Shown here piece by piece: positions 39,517-50,339 of a stretch of DNA of 64,000 bases (within the stretch, counting starts at the first letter, position 1; each line of letters starts with the position of its first letter). The notes beneath the pieces are model-generated. The model searched no databases and had not been told where the DNA came from. It was given only the letters and a program-made list of their open reading frames with translations. Made by a program: the position numbers and the translations under genes. This DNA comes from Trueperaceae bacterium (GTDB lineage Bacteria; Deinococcota; Deinococci; Deinococcales; Trueperaceae), in the NCBI GenBank assembly GCA_965213925.1, contig OZ243927.1, positions 4,000,001-4,064,000 of the forward strand, read 5' to 3'.

Positions 39517-40496
39517 CAGTACCGAATCCTCGGGTCGATGAGCGCTAATGCCACGTCCGAGACGAGGTTGCCCACCATAAGTAGCACGACTAGAATCGTT
39601 AGGAAGGCCATCACCACGTAAGCGTCTTGCGCGTAGATGGAGGAAATAAAGAGCGGCGTGATGCCGGGCCAGCGGAGCACGTACTCCACGGTCCCCGCGC
39701 CGCTGATGAGCCCCGGCAAGATGCCGCCGATGGTCGCAACGATCACTAGAATTGCGTTTCTGAGCGCGTGCTTGTAGTTCACCACGCGCTGTGAAAGCCC
39801 CTTCGCCCGCGCCGTGCGGATGTAGTCTTGCCCCATGACCTCCAACATCTCCCCGCGCATGATGCGGGTGATAAAGGCGAGGCTCGACAGAGCCACCACC
39901 AACATCGGCGCAACCAGGTGCCACAAGAAGTTCGTCGTCTTACCCCAGAACGAAAGCTGGCTATAGACGCTGCTCGTCATCCCGCCTGTCGGAATCAAGA
40001 GGTAGTCGAAGTTTTGAAACCACTGCACCGCGAACGCCACGACCAAGAGCGCCAAAAAGAAGTTGGGAATGGCTAACCCGATGAGGCTAAAGACCGTTAA
40101 GATTCTGTCACCGATAGAATATTTGCGCAGCGCAGAGTACACGCCGATGGGAATCGCCACGAGATAGGTGAGCGCTGTCGCGGGCAGGAGCAGCCACAAG
40201 CTATTCACCATGCGCGGCCAGATGAGGTTGCTCACGTCGCCCTTCGTGGTCATGCTCGTGCCGAAGTCCAAACCAGTGACGACGTTGCGGAGCCAGTAGA
40301 GGTAGCGAATGTACCAAGGGTCGTCGAGCCCTAATGATTCGCGGATGCGCTGAGCCTTGTTCACGTCAACCTGGTCAAAGGCAAATTGGCTCGCGAAGTC
40401 GCCGGGCGCAAGCTCGATGACGCACCACGCCAAAAACGTCGCCACGAAGAAAGTGGGGATGAGGTTGAGGATTCGTCTGATGATATATGGAATCAA
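39516..40496 (-). CDS. oppB: oligopeptide ABC transporter permease
   Basis: DYIRTARAKGL, KHALRNA, IDPRIRY. Confidence 0.93.
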   Translation of the reverse strand: MIPYIIRRILNLIPTFFVATFLAWCVIELAPGDFASQFAFDQVDVNKAQRIRESLGLDDPWYIRYLYWLRNVVTGLDFGTSMTTKGDVSNLIWPRMVNSLWLLLPATALTYLVAIPIGVYSALRKYSIGDRILTVFSLIGLAIPNFFLALLVVAFAVQWFQNFDYLLIPTGGMTSSVYSQLSFWGKTTNFLWHLVAPMLVVALSSLAFITRIMRGEMLEVMGQDYIRTARAKGLSQRVVNYKHALRNAILVIVATIGGILPGLISGAGTVEYVLRWPGITPLFISSIYAQDAYVVMAFLTILVVLLMVGNLVSDVALALIDPRIRY

Positions 40497-40604
40497 CGGG
40501 CTTCTCCAGCGAGTTGGGATTTTGGGGTGAGCGACTTGCTCAATTTAATTAAAAAATAGAATGTTCGGCTCTCTAAATACAGTGTTGAAAGATTGACGAG
40601 TAAG

Positions 40605-40639
40605 GTAGGTAGAGCTTTAGCACCTAAAGCTCTACCTAC
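40605..40639. terminator. inter-cistronic hairpin after the substrate-binding gene
   Basis: GTAGGTAGAGCTTTAG/CTAAAGCTCTACCTAC. Confidence 0.7.
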
Positions 40640-40649
40640 GAAAAAGCGG

Positions 40650-42443
40650 TTACTGCGGCGTCGCGAGGGTACCCCTAAAGCCACCCGGACGATACGGCGA
40701 CTCTATACTATTGGAGTCGAGCGCCTCCTCGGGCCAGACGTTGCTCATGTTTTCGTAGAGGTGAAACGCGGGGCTGATGAGCGGGGTCATCGGGAGGTAC
40801 TCGCGCATGAGCGCGGCACGTTGGTTGTAAACCTCGACACGCTCATCGATGTCGAGCGTCGCGTCCATGCGGCGGCTCAGGCGGTCCATGGTGATCTCCC
40901 AAGGCTTGACGTCGGTGGTGCTCTTGTTCCAAGAGTTGAGGTTGACGCCAAGACCCAGTACGTTCACAGACGAGGGGTTGTCCAAGTCGCCACCGGCTAA
41001 GCCCCAAATCTGCGCGTCGTAGTCCACCTCGCGGGGCAAGCCCTCCGTACCGACGATGGAGTTGGACCAGATTTCGGTGGAGACTTCGCGGGGATTCACA
41101 GCGACGCCGTACGGGGCGAGCGTCTGCGCGATCACCTGCGCCTCTTGCGCGCGGCGGTTGTTGCCCGAGTTGAACTGGAGGTCAAAGGCGACGCGGCAGC
41201 CCGTCTCGGAGTTGCGCAGGACGCCGTCAGGTCCCTCTTCGGTGTAGCCGAGCGAGTTGAGAATCTCGACGCCGCGCTCCGGGTTGAACTCGAAGGGGTC
41301 TAAGTTCGGCGCGTTAAAAGGCTCACCCGCTTCGCTCTGGTAGTCTTTCGCAGGGAAGCCGAGACCGCCTAAAGCCGCGTCAACAAGCGCGTCGCGGTCA
41401 ATCATAATGGAGATCGCTTGGCGGAAGTCGGGCGAGCGGAAGAGCGTGCTCTTACACTCGTCCGTCGTGTTGAAGTTGTAGGTGATAAAGTCTACAAGCG
41501 TGTCCGGTCCGATGTTGGCGAACAGCTCACCTTGAATCGAGCCGTTCTGTACGGCTTGCTGCACGGCGCGAACCTCGTCTAAGGTGGTGGGCCAGTAGAA
41601 GTTCGCTTGACCGGTGGTCACGAGCGCGAGCTGAGCGTTGCGGTCCTCGGTGAAGGTGACGGTCCAGCGGTCAGGTCCGGGGAGTGGGTCGCCGTTCGCC
41701 GCCTGAACATCTTCGCCATACGAAGGATTTTTCTCTAAAACGATGCGCTCGCCAGGGCGGAATTCAGCGATAGTATAAGGACCACCCGAAACGACTTGAT
41801 CTACAGGCGTGTCCACGCCCCAGAGCGCACGGATGCCCTCGGCACCACTCTCTTCGTAGACAGGCATATAGATGTGGGCGGGTACTGCGCCGATGATGCC
41901 GACGTTAAAGCCCATCGCGTTCACCTGCGGCTCGGGCAGGGTTACGCGAAACTGGTACGTACCGAGCTTTTCGTACTCGACGCGCCCATCTTCGCCCACT
42001 TCGGTTGAGGAGTAGTCGTTCGATTGAACATCGGGGTCGCCTTTGATGGTACGCGCCGCCATGAAATCGTCGGCGGTAATCTCGGTGCCGTCTGACCAGG
42101 TCCAGCCTTCGCGGAGCGTGATGATAAATTCCTGCTCAGTGCGCACCTCTTCGATGTCGCTGGCGAACAGCAGGTTGAAGTTGCCCTCTTCGTCGCGGAA
42201 GGAGCGGTTGCCGAGCCAGTCGCGGTAGATGAGTGCGGGACCGGAGATCATGCCGAGGATAGCGGTCTCAGTAGCTGAAGAGCTAAGCACCGGATTCAGC
42301 GTCAAAAAGTCGCCAAAGACGGTCTCTTCGATCACACCGCCTTGCGGCGCTTCGGGCGCGTACGCCTCGGACCACTGGTAAGGCTGCGCGAAGGCGAGTG
42401 CCCCGAGTGAAAATAGGGCAAGGGTCAAGAGGATTTGCTTCAT
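40650..42443 (-). CDS. oppA: peptide ABC transporter substrate-binding protein (family 5)
   Basis: Signal peptide, LREGWTWSDG.EITADD, SGGPY, FRQAIS..IDR; GGAGG RBS. Confidence 0.9.
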   Translation of the reverse strand: MKQILLTLALFSLGALAFAQPYQWSEAYAPEAPQGGVIEETVFGDFLTLNPVLSSSATETAILGMISGPALIYRDWLGNRSFRDEEGNFNLLFASDIEEVRTEQEFIITLREGWTWSDGTEITADDFMAARTIKGDPDVQSNDYSSTEVGEDGRVEYEKLGTYQFRVTLPEPQVNAMGFNVGIIGAVPAHIYMPVYEESGAEGIRALWGVDTPVDQVVSGGPYTIAEFRPGERIVLEKNPSYGEDVQAANGDPLPGPDRWTVTFTEDRNAQLALVTTGQANFYWPTTLDEVRAVQQAVQNGSIQGELFANIGPDTLVDFITYNFNTTDECKSTLFRSPDFRQAISIMIDRDALVDAALGGLGFPAKDYQSEAGEPFNAPNLDPFEFNPERGVEILNSLGYTEEGPDGVLRNSETGCRVAFDLQFNSGNNRRAQEAQVIAQTLAPYGVAVNPREVSTEIWSNSIVGTEGLPREVDYDAQIWGLAGGDLDNPSSVNVLGLGVNLNSWNKSTTDVKPWEITMDRLSRRMDATLDIDERVEVYNQRAALMREYLPMTPLISPAFHLYENMSNVWPEEALDSNSIESPYRPGGFRGTLATPQ

Positions 42444-42958
42444 ATAAACCTCCAAGAAGTAGGGAGCAACGTCTGGAATTGTCCCCGGAGCGAATTGTGT
42501 CGCTAAAACTAGGCTAACGCAGTAGGTCAGAAAAAATCAAGGTGTGCTGCAATACGTTCTTCTCGTTGTCTGTAGCGCCTCCTTCTATGTAGCTCAATCT
42601 ATCACTCACACGTATAGGCGTCAATTTCTCACAAGCTGCCATCTGAGAATTTTTCTCGGAACGCTTTGCTTAATTTTTCGCTGGAGTTTGCAAAGTGCCT
42701 CTTTAGAACTGTCCAAGTGTCTATCAAATTTTTGACACTACGAATCTTTGAGGACTCGAGCGCCTTCAGCAGCGTAAGTGTACTTTAGGCGCTTTCCCCA
42801 TGAGAGGACGCCAGGTCAGATTAAGGTCGTTTCATCCGTTTCGCGAGAATTCTATGCTGTCCGTGCGCAAATTCTAGCACACATCGCGCTGTAGCGGTAC
42901 AAAACGAAAAAACCCGCCCCAAAGGGAGCAGGTCTGTGAAGTTTTTAACTTTGTAGGG

Positions 42959-43201
42959 TTAAGCTCTTGGAATCACCGCGAGCGCGAGCGCGAGGAGACC
43001 CCAGACGACACCGAGCCAGATGGTGAGGCGGTGCAAGCCGCCCGCCGTGCCACCCGTGGTACTACCCAAGCCTTCGCCACCCCCGCCGCCTAAGCCTTCG
43101 CCGAGACCGCCCTGCTTGGGCTCCTGCAGCAAGATGATGAAGGTCAGACCGACTGACGCCAAGATAAAAAGGATGAATACTAACCAGAATATGATAAACA
43201 C
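42959..43201 (-). CDS. secG: preprotein translocase subunit SecG
   Basis: Two TMs, ILLQEPKQGGLG; adjacent to tRNA-Leu. Confidence 0.9.
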   Translation of the reverse strand: MFIIFWLVFILFILASVGLTFIILLQEPKQGGLGEGLGGGGGEGLGSTTGGTAGGLHRLTIWLGVVWGLLALALAVIPRA

Positions 43202-43313
43202 TTAAACGTTCCTCCACGGCGTCGCTCGAGCTTTCTGTAGCGACAGAAATTCTTATAATGAATGTAGTGGTTATATCCTAAAAGACGTTTTTTAACCACT
43301 TATATTGAGTCAC

Positions 43314-43390
43314 GCAGGAATCATCTTAGGAATGCGATTGCTAGGTCAGGCTTTATCCGCTGAGGGCGTTTGTGACCAGATGATACCTGC
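43314..43390. mobile_element. 77-bp miniature inverted-repeat element, copy 1
   Basis: GCAGGAATCATCT...GCGTT..TGACCAGATGATACCTGC. Confidence 0.7.
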
Positions 43391-43394
43391 TTTA

Positions 43395-43476
43395 TGCCGG
43401 AAGCGGGACTCGAACCCGCACGGTTTTACCCGGTAGATTTTGAGTCTACTGCGTCTACCAATTCCGCCATCCCGGC
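43395..43476 (-). tRNA. tRNA-Leu (CAA)
   Basis: GCCGGGATGGCGGAATTGGTAGACGCAGTAGA-CTCAAAA-TCTAC, long variable arm, GGTTCGAGTCC; CCA not encoded. Confidence 0.96.
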
Positions 43477-43689
43477 ACGGCCTCCAGACATTCCTCCGAC
43501 TCAGCAAGCTATCATAGCAGTGCGCGGCGCGGGAGGTCAACCGAGTAGGGTGCGATTTGTTCGCTTAGGGCTCGAGTAGAAAAAATGCCGTTCAGCACGC
43601 TCATAAAGAGGTTGTGCCCGTGCCAAGCGCAGCCAACAGGGGTAAGATTCCTCTCTACATGTGAATTTTTTGACGTTTGCTCTCGAATG

Positions 43690-44697
43690 CTAAACGGCGG
43701 CGAGCTGCCTTATTTCGACTTCGTGCTGATTCTCTCGCAAGACCTCGATACCGACATACTGAGCAATGAACGTCGCCAAATCTTCTAACGACTCGAGCTT
43801 GACCACCTCTTTACGAAGCGCATCTGCTTTCGGAAAGGGCGCGAAGTAGCGGATAAGCTGTCCGCGAAAAGGGACCACACCTTGTTCTTTCCTGTGCTCC
43901 TTTGCGTGCCAGTCACAGAACATCTCGGCGTGACGGTACACCGTTCGCGCCATCTCCTCGAAACTCGGCGACGCCGCGCCGCGCAGCTCGGCGAAAATCC
44001 ACGGACGCCCCAGTGCGCCGCGCCCGATCATCACACCTAGCCCTTGCGCCTGGTAGCGCTCGACTTGCACTCTACTTTGCACGTCGCCTGAGCCGACGAC
44101 GGGGATGTGTAGCGCCTCTGCCACCTCTTTAATCCGCTCCCAATCCGCCTCGCCGCTATACTTCTGCGCGGCGGTGCGTCCATGAACTGTGACGAGGGAC
44201 GCGCCCGCCTCCTGCAAGGCTAGCGCGACCTCTTTCGCGTTCACCTCGTCATAACCCAAGCGCATCTTGGCGCTTACCGGGACGGGGACGGCGGCGGCGA
44301 GGTTCCGTACGATGTCGGCGGCGCGTCCTGGGTCTAGCATGAGCTTCGAACCGCAAGACTTGCCTGTCACCTTTTTCACCGGACAGCCCATGTTGATGTC
44401 CAAGGCAACAGGCTGATACGTATCGTAGAGAATGCGCCCACCCGCCGCCACAATCTCAGGCTCGCCGCCGAAGACCTGGATGACCAAGTCGGGCTCACCG
44501 GGGTAGGGCTTGCCGATCTCGATGCCTTGCATATCGCCCTGCACGAGCGCCTTCGCGCTGACCATCTCCGTGACCGCCCAGGCGCTGCCGTAGTCGCGGC
44601 AAAGTTTACGAAAGGGCGCGTCGGTAAAGCCCGCCATCGGCGCGAGGATGGCGCGGTTTTGAGAGAGGCGGGAGGTGTAGAAGTTGGCGTCGGTCAT
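43690..44697 (-). CDS. dus: tRNA-dihydrouridine synthase
   Basis: LAPMAG, TEMVS, DINMGCP, KMRLG, VHGRT, MIGRG. Confidence 0.93.
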   Translation of the reverse strand: MTDANFYTSRLSQNRAILAPMAGFTDAPFRKLCRDYGSAWAVTEMVSAKALVQGDMQGIEIGKPYPGEPDLVIQVFGGEPEIVAAGGRILYDTYQPVALDINMGCPVKKVTGKSCGSKLMLDPGRAADIVRNLAAAVPVPVSAKMRLGYDEVNAKEVALALQEAGASLVTVHGRTAAQKYSGEADWERIKEVAEALHIPVVGSGDVQSRVQVERYQAQGLGVMIGRGALGRPWIFAELRGAASPSFEEMARTVYRHAEMFCDWHAKEHRKEQGVVPFRGQLIRYFAPFPKADALRKEVVKLESLEDLATFIAQYVGIEVLRENQHEVEIRQLAAV

Positions 44698-44760
44698 AGT
44701 GAACAGGATATCAGGCTGCTAAAAAATAGGAAGCAAGGAGCAATGAGTGAAAACCTTTAC

Positions 44761-45807
44761 TCATTGCTCCTTAGGTAAAACCCGCCGCAAAAAGCGCAGC
44801 CAATTGTGGCCTAAAAAACCCTCTCTGACCTCTTGGGGGACCGCCTCGCCTAGTTTGGCGAAATCAAAGACGCTCGAGACCTCTTGCGGCACATCCGCCA
44901 CACCAAACCCACCATCGAAGTCGCTCCCTATCGCCACGCGCTCCCAGCCGATAAGACCCGCGACGTGCTCGGCGTGGCGGCGCACGTCTCGTAGAGTAGT
45001 CTCTTCTTTGAGCGAGTCCTGCGTCACCCCTGTTCGCAAAAACGGATTGGCGATGACTAAACCCACCACCGCGTCACGTTCGGCGAGCGCTAAGAGCATG
45101 TCGTCCGAGAGGTGGCGGTCGGTGGGGACGAGCGAGCGAGCGTTGCTGTGGCTTGCGATGACGAAAACGGGATTTAAGTCCAGCGCACTCCAAAAGCTCT
45201 CCTCGGCGAAGTGGCTCACATCGAGCGTCACCTCCGTTTCGTTCATCGCCTGGATAAGTTCGACGCCTAAATCCGTAAGCGGTCCGGGCGCTCTCGTGCC
45301 GCCCGCGTAGCGCGTGCGCTGCCAGGCGGGACCGACGACGTGCAGACCTCGCCGGACCCACTCGTCAAGGTCACCAGGCGTGCGCAAGGGGTCGGCGTTC
45401 TCCATCAGCAGGACGAGGCCGACGCGCGCATCCTCCGCGCTCGCAGCCAGATGGCTCTCCAAATCATCCAGAGTGCGCACGATACGCACCTCGCCCGCCT
45501 CTTCCCAACGCTCGTAAAGTTCCAACTGCGCCAGAGCGAGCTTTCTCGCCTCTTCGGGTGTTTCGTAGGCTTTGCCCTCTAACGTCCCCTTCCCGCCTAA
45601 CGACTTCGCGCCCGCCGGTCTCACAAAAATCGTGCCGAAGACGAGCGTCACCCCGGCGCGGCGCAACTCGGGCAGGGTGACGAGCGCCGCCGCGTCCTGA
45701 GCGCGCAGTTCCTCTAAAGGGAGTGTGAGGTCGCGCCCTACGGCGAGGGCGTTGTAGGCGAGGTCGAGGTGTCCGTCGATGAAAATAGAGGGTCGAGAAG
45801 GGGGCAT
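44761..45807 (-). CDS. membrane dipeptidase (M19)
   Basis: DGHLD, LMENAD, DVSH, ASHSN, GSDFDGG. Confidence 0.9.
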   Translation of the reverse strand: MPPSRPSIFIDGHLDLAYNALAVGRDLTLPLEELRAQDAAALVTLPELRRAGVTLVFGTIFVRPAGAKSLGGKGTLEGKAYETPEEARKLALAQLELYERWEEAGEVRIVRTLDDLESHLAASAEDARVGLVLLMENADPLRTPGDLDEWVRRGLHVVGPAWQRTRYAGGTRAPGPLTDLGVELIQAMNETEVTLDVSHFAEESFWSALDLNPVFVIASHSNARSLVPTDRHLSDDMLLALAERDAVVGLVIANPFLRTGVTQDSLKEETTLRDVRRHAEHVAGLIGWERVAIGSDFDGGFGVADVPQEVSSVFDFAKLGEAVPQEVREGFLGHNWLRFLRRVLPKEQ

Positions 45808-46009
45808 GGGGTAGCTTACCAGCAGTCGCAACGCACCTTGAGATAAATAGACGCAAGCATTATCTCTTAACGTGCGGGCTAATTACGTAGTTTTCGCCTA
45901 TGCGAAACGATGTCGTTCGTTTAGCGTGAAAGCGGTTGTGACCACCCCCTGCTTGTACGTTATACGTGTCACCGCACATCTTTATTAAGGAAAGGTATAC
46001 TAGGCTAAC

Positions 46010-46546
46010 TTGAAAGACAGCGCCAGACTATCTCCGAAGGGAGTTCCTGTGCACACCGCTGTACCGAACATGTTCTTGCGCCGCGCCTCGTTAGCCGATG
46101 CTGAGCGCATTTTTGCCATCTATAGTCAGTCGCCGAGCTACTTCGACATCATCTCGATCCCGCTCCCGACACTTGAAGAGGTCAAACGCGAATTAGAAGC
46201 CGCCGCCCACGACCCCAAGCGTCACACCGAGTTGATGGTGACGAAAGAGGACGACCTAGAAGGCTGTGAGCGCGTGGTGGGCTACCTAGACTATAAACTC
46301 GACTACCCTGAGGCGGGTGACGCAACCGTCAACCTCTTGCTCATTCCCGAAAACCTTCAAAATAGAGGCTACGGACGCCTCTGCATCGGTGAACTAGAGA
46401 CCAAACTTAAAGGGCGTGCCAAGCGCGTCCTAGCGAGCATTTACGGGCGCAACCCGAGGGCGGAGGGGTTTTGGCGCTCGCTCGGCTACACGTTCGCGAT
46501 CGACGCGAAGCCGGTTTTGGACTGGTACGCGAAAGAATTAGACTAA
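46010..46546 (+). CDS. GNAT family acetyltransferase
   Basis: LLLIPENLQNRGYG, NPRAEGFWRSLG; start may be GTG 46049. Confidence 0.85.
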   Translation: MKDSARLSPKGVPVHTAVPNMFLRRASLADAERIFAIYSQSPSYFDIISIPLPTLEEVKRELEAAAHDPKRHTELMVTKEDDLEGCERVVGYLDYKLDYPEAGDATVNLLLIPENLQNRGYGRLCIGELETKLKGRAKRVLASIYGRNPRAEGFWRSLGYTFAIDAKPVLDWYAKELD

Positions 46547-46565
46547 AACGTCTGTCGGCTCGAGC

Positions 46566-46985
46566 CTAAGCCCCCGCCACCAAGTAAACCGCCACGCCCG
46601 CGAGTACAATCCCGAGCACTTTACGCACAGTAATAGCCTCACCCAAAAGAGCGAACCCCACCACCGAACTGACCACGAGAAAGAGCCCGAAAATCGGCAC
46701 GACGACGCTGACCGCGCCCAGCGATAGGGCGCGGTAGTACGCGATAATCCCGACCGACAGAAACGCGCCCGCGAGGTAGGCGTTCCAAGCGGACGGGTGC
46801 GCCAGCTCGCGCACATTAAGCTCACCTGTGAGCGCAGCGACGCCGAGCGAAGCGAGCGTAAGGATGAGCGAAGTGACGAGCAGCACGAGAAATTCCGGCA
46901 TTCCGCTGCCGATCGCGCGGCTCACGAAGGGCGCAACGAAGGAGTAGGCGAGCATGGCGACGAGCGCCCAGAGAACGGCTGACAT
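46566..46985 (-). CDS. EamA/DMT family small transporter
   Basis: Five TMs, YYRAL.LG.VSVVVPI, LLGEAIT.RK.LG. Confidence 0.85.
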   Translation of the reverse strand: MSAVLWALVAMLAYSFVAPFVSRAIGSGMPEFLVLLVTSLILTLASLGVAALTGELNVRELAHPSAWNAYLAGAFLSVGIIAYYRALSLGAVSVVVPIFGLFLVVSSVVGFALLGEAITVRKVLGIVLAGVAVYLVAGA

Positions 46986-47099
46986 AGTGACCTCCTGCAA
47001 AACGGAGCATAACAGGAGAGGTCACAGCGTTTTTGTGCGCTGGGCGGGTGCGTTTTAGGCAAAGAGGCTCGAGGTCAATCTTTATATGTTCAGTCGAGG

Positions 47100-48014
47100 C
47101 TAAGACCCCTGCATAAAGGCGATGATCTCCCTCGGGTTCATGTTCGTGCGCAGTTGCGGGATGATACGTAAAAGCGCGGGCACGCCGATGCTCGGTCCGA
47201 CGAAGAGCGCGGCGTACTGATTAAAGGTGTCAGTGGCGGGGCTCGAGAAACGCAGATATTCAGCCTCTTCCCCCTCGGGTACGTAGACCAAATTCTGCTC
47301 AGCAGGCGGGTCAGCCTGCGCGATGACCATCTCCGCGTCACTGTTCGCTAAAAAGAGGCGCTGCGCCGTGTTCGCGGGCGCGGAGACGTAGTTGCTAAGC
47401 GTGTAGGCGCAGTTTCCTAATAGAGAGAGCGCTCGCTGCGTATCGCGCCGCGCATCTACGACTTCCGCGGGTGGACGCTGTACGATCATGCGCGGATAGA
47501 CACCGCCATTACGAATGATCGCCCAAAAGTTGACGCCGCCCCCCTGCGGGTCAAACGCGAGCAGCGCGACGGGCTCTAAGCGCGGCGCAGCCCGCCCGAT
47601 CAGACCAGCGAGGTCACTCAGCAACTGCTCCTTCGTCGGCACAGCTACGACCTCTTCGGTGAAGTCAAGGTCGTACCAAGACGCCACGCCAGAGACCATC
47701 TCCGCCCACGTTCCGGGCGCTAAAGTGTCCGCCTCCCAGGTGCTGGGCAAGAGGTCGCGCTCGGCTAAGAAGCGCACGGCGCTAAAGGCTTCATCCTCAA
47801 CAGTAACGGGTACGTCGTTCACTCTCGCGAGTGGGGGCAAAACGGGCTCGAGCAAGTCCACCGCCTGTTTGAGATAGAGCGCCGCGTCGCGCCCGGTGGC
47901 AGGGTCGGCGAGTTCGTCTTGAGACATGTCGGCTTGGAGTTCGCTGAGACAAGTTTGCGCCAGAGCCGTGCTCAAAAGTAAAGAGGTCAGTAATACGAGT
48001 AAAAGTCGCGTCAT
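47100..48014 (-). CDS. hypothetical secreted protein
   Basis: Signal peptide ALA-Q; 304 aa. Confidence 0.7.
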   Translation of the reverse strand: MTRLLLVLLTSLLLSTALAQTCLSELQADMSQDELADPATGRDAALYLKQAVDLLEPVLPPLARVNDVPVTVEDEAFSAVRFLAERDLLPSTWEADTLAPGTWAEMVSGVASWYDLDFTEEVVAVPTKEQLLSDLAGLIGRAAPRLEPVALLAFDPQGGGVNFWAIIRNGGVYPRMIVQRPPAEVVDARRDTQRALSLLGNCAYTLSNYVSAPANTAQRLFLANSDAEMVIAQADPPAEQNLVYVPEGEEAEYLRFSSPATDTFNQYAALFVGPSIGVPALLRIIPQLRTNMNPREIIAFMQGS

Positions 48015-48122
48015 GTCTAAAGTCTAGCTCACGGGGGATGAAGCGCTGTGAGGAGAGGTTAAAAGGGGTTCATGAGCACAAAAAAAGCGGTCCGTAGACC
48101 GCTGCTATAGCTTTCGTTGCAT

Positions 48123-48620
48123 CTACTGCGTAAGGCATTCTGTCGGCAGTTCTACCGTAAGTGTCTCGGTTTCACCGTCTGTCCCCGTCGCCTCAATAAC
48201 CAAGCGAGTATCGACTTGGGGAACTTGTTGGGGTGAAATCTGCGAATCGGCGGGCTCAAGCGCCGTTTCAGGATCGATGGTGAACCTGTAAGTCACAGTG
48301 CTTTCAGTGACCGTCGCATCTGAGCTTTCGGGTCTAATGACCTCTTCATAGGTCGCTCTCTCCGTATCGTCACCACTGGGGCTGTACTCGCGAAGCGCTT
48401 GCGTCCAGCGTCTAATCCTTCCGTCGTAATCGAAACTGTACGATATTCTCGTCGTCGCGTCGTTGCAGATGTATGGACCTCTTTCAGGGTCCGAATAGTT
48501 AGAACTTACCGTGAGGTCGCTAACGCTAAATTCCGGCTCACCTTCAACGAAGATAATGTTGCAAGCGCCCAGCAGCGCCGCAAGCCCTACCACTAACGCG
48601 AGTGAGACTGCTCTTCTCAT
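48123..48620 (-). CDS. hypothetical lipoprotein
   Basis: Lipobox LGAC; AAGGAG RBS; hairpin plus T-tract at about 48080-48103. Confidence 0.7.
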   Translation of the reverse strand: MRRAVSLALVVGLAALLGACNIIFVEGEPEFSVSDLTVSSNYSDPERGPYICNDATTRISYSFDYDGRIRRWTQALREYSPSGDDTERATYEEVIRPESSDATVTESTVTYRFTIDPETALEPADSQISPQQVPQVDTRLVIEATGTDGETETLTVELPTECLTQ

Positions 48621-48710
48621 AACTCTACTCCTTTCACATTTTCAAGCGAAGCGTAACGTATTAACGGTTAAACTGTGTAAGCGCAGCCTGCGGAGCGCTT
48701 CACGAAACGT

Positions 48711-50339
48711 TCACTCGAGCGCCATCAAGTACGCGTACAAATCGGGGCTGCCGGGGTGGAGTTCGATCTCCAACTCGGGAAATTCTTCCGCTAGTTCTTC
48801 CGCTAAAGCCGTCGCCTTCTCCTCGCCGACTGAAGGGCTGTAGAAAAGCGTACCGATCTCAAAGGAGTCGGCGGACCCCTCTAAGAGCTTCTTCAGGCTC
48901 TCTTCGGGGCTCTTCTCCGCGACCTTGAGGTCGTTATTCACCAAGCCGATGTAGTCGCCTTCCGTGACTTCGACGCCCTCCACCGTCGTCGTGCGGCTCG
49001 CCGTGGTGACTTCCAAGGTCAGCGCGTTTTCGGAAGCTGCTTTCATCTCCTCGAAAAGCTCCTCCGCGTCGCTGCTCTCGCTAAAGAGCACGGCGGCGGC
49101 GAGCCCTTGCCCGACGGTGCGCGTAGGCAACACGTGAATGCGCTTCTCCTTGACGATGTCACCGACGCGTTCGGCAGCCATGATGATGTTTTTGTTGTTC
49201 GGCATAATGATCACGTCGTCCGCGCCGACTGTACGCACCGCGTCCGCGATGTCTTGTACACTCGGGTTATTCGTCTGTCCGCCCCCGACGACCCGCGCCC
49301 CGAGCGAGCGGAAAACTTTCGTGACGCCGTACCCCGCACTGACCGCCACGAGCGCACTTTTAGGCGGCTCCGCTTCGGTCATGTTGACGCCTTCTAAAAT
49401 CTCGTGATGCTGCTCGCTCATGTCTTCGATTTTAGAGCGCACCATCGAGCCGTATTGAACGACGGCAGCGAGGAGCTTTTCGGGCTCTTCGGTGTGGATG
49501 TGCCCTTTGACGAAACCCTCTGCACCCACGACGAGGAGCGAGTCGCCGTAGTCTTGAACCATCTCCTGAATCTCTTTGGTCGGGACAGAAACGTTCTCCA
49601 ACAAAAACTCCGTGCAGAAGCCGAACTCCTGCTCCTCGAACTGCTCTTGGGCGCGAGACTCGATCTTGGGCGGTTTCGGCAGGTCGCGTCCTTCGAACGA
49701 GGCGATGACGCCCTCTAAGACGCGCAGAAAGCCCAAGCCCCCCGAATCCACCACGCCTGCCTGCTTGAGCATCGGCAGCATCTCAGGCGTTTCTTGGAGC
49801 GCTTTTTGCCCCGCTTTCCAGGCGTCTTTGAGGACGGTCAAAGGATGCGACGAGCCCGCCTCCTCCGCCCCTTCTGCTGCTCTACGCACGACGGTTAGGA
49901 TCGTTCCCTCGACGGGCTTCATCACGGCGGCGTAGGCGCTCTTGGTCGCCCCTTTCAGGGCGTCGATGCAAGCTTGCGCTTCTAACGCGCTCTGGTCGCG
50001 AATCGCCTCCGCGAAACCTTTTAAGACCTGACTTAAAATCACGCCCGAGTTGCCTCTTGCGCCTAGAAGCGACCCGTACGAGAGCGCGTGCGCTAGGTCC
50101 TCCATCGTCTTAGGGCGCTCCTCGTTGAGCTGGCGGCGCACGGACTGCATGGTGAGGTGCATATTTGTACCTGTATCACCGTCGGGCACCGGGTAAACGT
50201 TGAGCGCGTTGACCTCTTCGACGTAGACGCCTAACCAGTCCGTCGCGTAGACAAAGGCGGTGCAGAGGTCTTTGACCGCTAAGGTCTGCCCGGACCCAGT
50301 ATTCGACCCGGTATTCGACCCGGCACTAGCGCTCGCCAC
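48711..50339 (-). CDS. DAK2 domain protein (fatty acid kinase FakA/YloV-like)
   Basis: LNVYPVPDGDTGTNM, GARGNSGVIL, PVEGTILTV, FCTEF, GGQTNNPS; start likely GTG 50339. Confidence 0.92.
   Translation of the reverse strand: MASASAGSNTGSNTGSGQTLAVKDLCTAFVYATDWLGVYVEEVNALNVYPVPDGDTGTNMHLTMQSVRRQLNEERPKTMEDLAHALSYGSLLGARGNSGVILSQVLKGFAEAIRDQSALEAQACIDALKGATKSAYAAVMKPVEGTILTVVRRAAEGAEEAGSSHPLTVLKDAWKAGQKALQETPEMLPMLKQAGVVDSGGLGFLRVLEGVIASFEGRDLPKPPKIESRAQEQFEEQEFGFCTEFLLENVSVPTKEIQEMVQDYGDSLLVVGAEGFVKGHIHTEEPEKLLAAVVQYGSMVRSKIEDMSEQHHEILEGVNMTEAEPPKSALVAVSAGYGVTKVFRSLGARVVGGGQTNNPSVQDIADAVRTVGADDVIIMPNNKNIIMAAERVGDIVKEKRIHVLPTRTVGQGLAAAVLFSESSDAEELFEEMKAASENALTLEVTTASRTTTVEGVEVTEGDYIGLVNNDLKVAEKSPEESLKKLLEGSADSFEIGTLFYSPSVGEEKATALAEELAEEFPELEIELHPGSPDLYAYLMALE

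Noticed and set aside
42456..42958. 500-bp region upstream of oppA as a riboswitch/sRNA
   Set aside because: No motif I could recognise.
50299..50322. 12-bp tandem duplication at the DAK2 N-terminus (GSNT twice)
   Set aside because: In-frame and in an unconserved tail; probably neutral.
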